Shown piece after piece: positions 58,561-64,000 of a DNA stretch of 64,000 nucleotides. Source of the DNA: Vicugna vicugna (lineage: Eukaryota); NCBI GenBank assembly GCA_013265495.1, contig MU059537.1:1488001-1552000 (forward strand). The letters run 5' to 3'. Both the position numbers and the translations under genes were made by a program. The notes under the pieces are model-generated. The model was not told the DNA's origin. It saw only the letters and a list, made by a program, of their open reading frames with translations, and searched no databases. How positions within the stretch are numbered: the stretch's first letter is position 1; each line of letters opens with the position of its first letter.

Positions 58561-61500
58561 TCCTCCAAATAGAAAAGCTTCTGTCACCTGGGCATCGCTC
58601 AGCAGGTGACGTGTAAGGGACCCGTGGCATCTCTTCGATCCCAGCGGGAATTAGAGTCACCTCCTTCTGGTTGCCTTTGTGCCTGTGCCTGCAGGGCTGC
58701 GCACGGCCAGCAGAAAGCTGAGCGCGGGCCACGCGCCTTCACACCTGCTGTTTCTCTTGCCTGGAAGGTCACCACCCTCTCTTCGTCTCCTGTGAAGCCT
58801 CCATTTCTTTCTGAAATGGCTCAAATATCATTTGTCCATGGCAGCTCTGTCCTGCTGCTGAGTGCCGGGTACAGCGCAGGAGAACTAAGATGAATCTGTC
58901 ATAGTCCTTGCCTGCAAGGGGCTCACACATAGAAGGAGGCCTTCAGTTCCTGTACAAGGTGGCACACACGCACGCGCGTGCATGCACGCGCACAATGGGA
59001 AGTGCCAAGTACAAGCAACCAAAAAAATGCGGGGATGCCTGAACACACATTTCACTTGCTAGTGAGAAGGCTCTTCCTCGTGTGCACACAAATGTGCCTT
59101 CTTAGACCTTCTCTGTGTGGAGCCTGGTTCTCCTTGGTAGACGTGCTCCGTGCCTCACTCCTCTTTCCACGATCCTGCAGAGCTTTGAAGGTGGAGGCCA
59201 AGCTTTCCTGGAGTTCTCCCCTTCCTCTCTGCGGCTTCTCTGGTGGTCACAGGGGTGACTCTGTCCTTTCTCCGCACGGGCCCTGGCTGTTCTGTGGCAG
59301 GTGCACCCAGACACTGAAGGAGCACAGAGCGTGTGCCTCTCACGCCGCCGCCTCTCGTGGACTTGTCCTGCCCGTCCCCTCCCCGCTGCCTTGGCGAGAG
59401 CACTGTCCTCCCTGGGGTTTCATCTGCAAAGTGGAGAAACTGGGAGACGTCCTCCTGTCTGTCTCTTCCCTTTACTTCCATGGACCCAGCGGTCAAGCCC
59501 TGTCCTCACCTCTGTGGGCTCTGGGCAGTAGCTTCCTCACGGAATTTGAGGGAAATCGGGTGGCCTATTGCCCAGAGCCAGATCTGACTATTAAACAGCA
59601 TGGAAGGTTGAATGAGAAGAGGGGCTTTCACAAGCCACTGCTCTTCTCTGGGTGACTCCTCTGTTCTGCTGGAAGGGAACGCGACCAGCATGCTTCAAGC
59701 AGAGGGAAGATTCTGACCCCCTTCAAGGCTCCCCTCACCTGTCCTTCTGGACGCGGATTCCGCTGACTTCCCTGGAGCTGTGAGGGCGGCGGCTGGCCCT
59801 TCGCGTGCAGTGCCTTTCTCTTGTGAGGAGATGCGAAGACAGCATGCTGCCGCCAGGGAGTCCGAGCTGGAGGTGGTCGGGCGCCGCACGCCCGTCCCCG
59901 CCCCCTTGGGCCGTGCTGCTGCCAGGTGGTGTCCACTTCCGTCTCCTTTTCAGACTTCTTTCTCCCTTAAAACACAGTAGTTGCTCCTTAGATGTTGGTT
60001 CATCCAGGCTCCGCACATGGTGGGCGTTAGGTAAATCCTCGGTATTTCGTTGAGAATTTCCTCCTGTACATAATTGCGCTCATTCCTTTCCTTCCCACTG
60101 ACCGTTTTACAGTTAAAAATCCTAGCAGTGAATTTCCCACGAAGACGTTTCATTTTCCCTGTTTTCGGAAATTCGCGAGTCTCGCCCGAGCACATAGCAG
60201 TTCAGCCCAGCTCCCTGCACGTGAGCACGTGCTCTCTGTGCCGGCCCCGGGGCTGGGTAAACTGGCAGGGCCATTCCCGCCCATGTGGAGAAGACGTGCT
60301 ATCTCTTTCAGTTTCCACGGCAAACTTTTCAGGGGGCTGGCGTGGGCAGAGACCTTTCTAGCCCAGCAGGAAGCGGGGGCTGGGGGTCTTCTGGGCATTA
60401 ACAAGCACATCCAGACCGTATACTCTTGTCTCTTCTCCATAATCTGATGTCCAAACCTGTCCCATGGAAGCACTTTACATGCATCCTGTCGCCGGGAGTT
60501 CCGATTGTTGTCAAAATCCATTGCCCAGCGTTTGCAAACTGCAGGACAAGCCTCTACAGGTTCCTTTCTCCCGACAGCTTCCCGCCCATCTTCTTGGCCT
60601 CTGGTGGTGAGGCCTCCAGAACACACACATCAGATTTTCTTTCATCTCTCAGCTCTCTTCTGTTGCACCAGGGAAATTCACAAGTAAAACGTGGTCCTGC
60701 AGGAGCTCCGGGGAGCCTGCCCGTGAATCCCTCCGCTCCCAGGTGGACTGTCACAGGACTGTCGCCCCACGTCTTGTCTTCCTGGGTCTTCACAATTCAT
60801 CAACTCAAAAATGTCTTCCTGTCCCTCTGTGTTTTTCTGTCCTTACTTCTTTTTTTACCGCTGCAGTTGAAATCTCCAGCTCATATTCCACAGAATTCTA
60901 AGTATTTATCAATAAATGTCACTGTAAAACAAGAGACAGTGAAATAAATGCTGACCGGTTCACATAACCCATTGTTGTGCAAACACAATGACATTCTTTA
61001 TATTGCTTAGGAAAGGGTCATGTGGGTCAGTGCAAATTGGCATAGAAACGTGTTACTCCTGCCAAGCACATGGGCTGAGCTGGGAAGGTGGACCGTGGGA
61101 ACACGCTGTTGTGGAGACTGCTGTCACAGTGTGTGGAGTCACAGAACCACACGAGATGACCGGCTACTGAAACGAAATGACTGCGCAGAGAAACATGAAT
61201 GAATTTTCCCCAGGAGAGCCCTCATGGACTCATGGACTGCCATTTCACTGCCGTTTCTCATCAAAAGAGCATAGGATTTTGGCTGGTAGAGAAGAGGGAC
61301 ATGGTATTAACAGAAGAGACACACGAACGCGCCTCAGGATGCAGGGCTGTGCCTTGGGCGGGGGCCTATGAGGTAACACGCCAGCCCCCAGGGGGAAGCT
61401 GGGGCGTGGGCCACTTGGGAGGCCTAGGGCGGGGTCCAGTGGATGCCCCACCCTTGGGTTGCTTGCTCTTCTGAAGACGTAAGATAATTCTTCAAAAGCA

Positions 61501-61619
61501 GAGCTGTTTTGAGTTACTCTTAGTTCCACATCCTCCTGAGATAAATCTTTGGTGAAGGAAGTATGCCCTGAATGGTCTGAATACTACTCAGACATCATTT
61601 ATGTTCAGTATCAAAATCT

Positions 61620-61742
61620 GGGGGAGGGTGTGGCTCCACGATAGAGTGCGTGCCTAGTGTGCGTGAGGTCCTGGGTTCAATCCCCAGGAACTCCATTAAA
61701 AATAAATTAGTAAGTAAACCTAATCTGCTCTCGCCCCCTCAG
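61620..61742 (+). mobile_element. tRNA-Ala-derived SINE (camelid Vic-1-like) with candidate TSD AAATCT
   Basis: ggggagggtgtggctccacgatagagtgcgtgcctagtgtgcgtgaggtcctgggttcaatccccaggaactccattaaaaataaa..aaacctaatctgctctcgccccc; aaatct at 61614-61619 and 61743-61748. Confidence 0.92.
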
Positions 61743-62199
61743 AAATCTCAGTGTTCTTTATTGACACTCTGCTGTTCTGCTCATTCATCCATTCGACAAG
61801 CATGTTTTCCTAGGCTGCCTCTGGCCGGGCGACCTGGTGTTGAACGCGTCAAGTGCTGAAAGGAAGTGTGCTCAGTACATGGGGAGCTGCAGGAATGGAA
61901 CGGCCGTGGGCTCATTTCCCAGCGCCAGCACCCTTGTCCCTGAAAGGTCTCTAAGAATTTGCTAGCTGGATACGCCAGGCACGTGCGTAATAAGCAGGGG
62001 CCACGTGTATGAGAGCCTCGCGTTCGTGACTCAGAAGCACCTGCTTATGGCCGAGGCGCTGGGCAGATATGGGGCCAAATTAGGAAGTGCCCAGAAGACC
62101 TTGCATTCATTCCTTAGGTGTTCCTTGAGCACCACTGTGTGCTGGGCAGTGAACAGGGAAGGTCCGTGTCCCCAAGGAGCATGTCTCTAACTCCATGAC

Positions 62200-62560
62200 A
62201 CAGCCCCTGGTGCCACCCTCCTCTCAGCTCTCCCGCCTGCCCTCCCATCTGGGCTCCTGGTCTATTCAGTCTCACATTCCTCTTGCTTTATGCTTAGAAC
62301 GTGGGCCTAATGCCTCCACTTCCTTCGCTACCTTATGCCACCTTATCCTTGAGAACCCAGCACAGACGCCCCATCTTCTGGGACGGCTTCCCAGACTTGC
62401 TTCCACAGGGCACCGCCAGCCCTCTGCAGGGCACCCCAGTCCCAGCTCATTTGCTGACTTCTGGTTGCGGTAACGTTTCTCCCCCGGCTGGGGCTCCTTG
62501 GGGGCAGAGGCCAGCCCTGTTCACGTCCACAGCCCCAGCTCCTCAGATGGCGACCGCATG
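62200..62560 (+). mobile_element. L2 fragment
   Basis: ccaccttatccttgagaacccagcacagacgccccatcttctggga..ggctccttgggggcagaggccagccctgttcacgtcc. Confidence 0.7.
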
Positions 62561-62749
62561 GACTCGAGGTCGGAGTGCCAGCTGCAGCCCAGCGCGGTGG
62601 CCGCTGGACTGGCTCCCGCGGGCGGCCTGCCCCGCTCCCTGGGAGGGGATGTTTGCAAATCGAGGGTTTATGCCAACTGCAGCCTGACAGTTACCACATG
62701 GTAGCCTCACAGCTTTTAAATCTTTTAGTGGCTCCCTAGTGCCTATAGA

Positions 62750-62890
62750 TCTGTTCCTCAACTCTGGCTTCCCATTAAAGTTGAATTATCTGGGGATATT
62801 AAAACCTGCCTGGGTCCATACCCGGCTGACTGAATCCTAATCTGAGGTGGCGGTCTGCACGGCCTCCCCAGGCGGCTGGAATGTGACTGA
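62750..62890. mobile_element. MER5A-like hAT-Charlie MITE
   Basis: ctcaactctggcttcccatta..gaattatctgggga..aaaacctgcctgggtccatacc..gactgaatc..ctccccaggcggctggaatgtg. Confidence 0.65.
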
Positions 62891-62934
62891 CAAATGCTGG
62901 CCTGTAACGTGTGCTGTCTCCCTCGTAAGGCCCC

Positions 62935-63095
62935 GCTTCTTTGGCTGAACGCTGGACTCACCTGGTGACCTTAAAAACCCACGGATGCCGAACCTTCTGG
63001 TAAATTCTGATTCAGTCTCTCGGGAATGTGGCCTGCACATTGATTTTTCTAAAGGTTCACAGGTGAGCGCCTGCCCCGATGGAGAAACTGGTGGC
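62935..63095. mobile_element. MER5A-like hAT-Charlie MITE
   Basis: ttggctgaacgctggactcacctggtgaccttaaaaacccacggatgcc..aaattctgattcagt..gatttttctaaaggttcacaggtga. Confidence 0.75.
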
Positions 63096-64000
63096 AGGCC
63101 TGCCCTCCTGCCGCAAACTGCCAGAGAACTGGGAAAAATGATCTAAATAAAAACTGCTAGACCAAGAAAGAAAACAGAAAGCCAGCCCAGCGCCGTGTGG
63201 GCCCCAAAGAAGAGAAACCAAGGAGGTGAGCTGTGTGGCTGCCCTGGCGCCGTGCCGGGGTGCGCGGGCCGGAGGGGGTCAGGCGCGGGATGGCAGTTTG
63301 GCCGGGCTGGGGAGGGGAGGTCAGAGTTCAGGAAGGCTGCGGTGGATGGAATTGCAGGCAGAGGGCCAGAGAGGGATCTAGCAAAGAGAGCCCCTAGAAT
63401 GTGCCCCGGGGTCAACGTGAGCGCCCTGCTGGGTCCTAAGCCACGGACGTGGAGGCGGAAACCGCTCTGAGCCTGGGTGGGACCCACCAGGAGGCTGCGG
63501 GCTGGAAGGTGCCCGTAGCTCACGCCAGGCACGCTGGGAGACAGTCACCATGAACACCACGAGCCTGCTGGATGGAGACCACCCTCAGCTGGAGGTCACT
63601 CCTCAGTCGTCAGGCCAGCCTGACTCCAGAGGACAGGCAGCCCTAGACTCACCTGAGAGAGCTGAGAGGCAGGGCAGGGAGGAAGCCGCTGACGCACAGG
63701 CCCTGAACCTCCGGGCGCAGCCGGCCGCAGCCGTCCCTCAAGGATGGCAGCTGGAGCCGGACGGCCGGTGGCCTGAGCCCTGTAAACTCCCGGGAAGCGG
63801 TGCAAACAGGCACCAGCGCTGGAATAGGCTGAGGGGTAGGCGTGTGACGCGGCTGGCGCACACGGATTAGGGCGCGGTTACGGGGGACTTAATGGAGACT
63901 ACAAACAGGATGCGGGAGGAAATGGAGGGAAAAGGACAAATGGGAACTTTGTATCGCTGAAAATGCAGCTGGAGTTGTTTCTAGAACACGTCAAGAGTAG

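Noticed and set aside
60426-60947. 173-aa plus-strand ORF
   Set aside because: Starts at TTG, has no recognised homology and a composition like noncoding pyrimidine-rich DNA.
61620-61695. Apparent tRNA gene
   Set aside because: It is the head of a tRNA-derived SINE with degenerate D and anticodon arms and a candidate TSD.
1-64000. ORF track as protein-coding genes
   Set aside because: No recognisable domain; many starts are GTG/TTG; low-complexity P/G/R/A/S composition and overlapping frames on both strands are typical of GC-rich noncoding mammalian DNA.
1-64000. CRISPR array, operon, IS element or other prokaryotic/viral system
   Set aside because: No regularly spaced repeats or dense coding structure; the sequence is mammalian repeat-rich DNA.

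Overview
This is mammalian nuclear genomic DNA, most likely a camelid. Two copies of a tRNA-Ala-derived SINE match the camelid Vic-1 family as I recall it, and I see no Alu, Bov-A/BovB, PRE-1, CHR or Can-SINE elements. The window is GC-rich, contains a 165-N scaffold gap, and looks intronic or intergenic. Much of it is old interspersed repeats (MIR, L2, L1M*, MaLR MLT1, an ERV1-type solo LTR, Tigger2, MER5A). I recognise no protein-coding exon, RNA gene, CRISPR array or prokaryotic system. The ORF track is best explained by stop-codon scarcity in GC-rich repeat relics, and many ORFs use GTG/TTG starts. The most interesting signal is an ancient L1 reverse-transcriptase relic at ~11.5-12.1 kb. 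It has been rewritten toward G/C into a CpG-island-like patch and lies in a 287-codon stop-free frame that still tracks L1 ORF2, while a second, AT-rich copy of the same L1 segment sits at ~17.2 kb. Other leads are a tight E2F-site cluster, a GATA/homeodomain-rich AT block, several splice-site-bounded exon or microexon candidates, and strong G4/Z-DNA motifs. Repeat family names come from my memory of consensus sequences and boundaries are approximate (tens of bp) unless exact motifs are quoted. I see no clear evidence of a new biological system.
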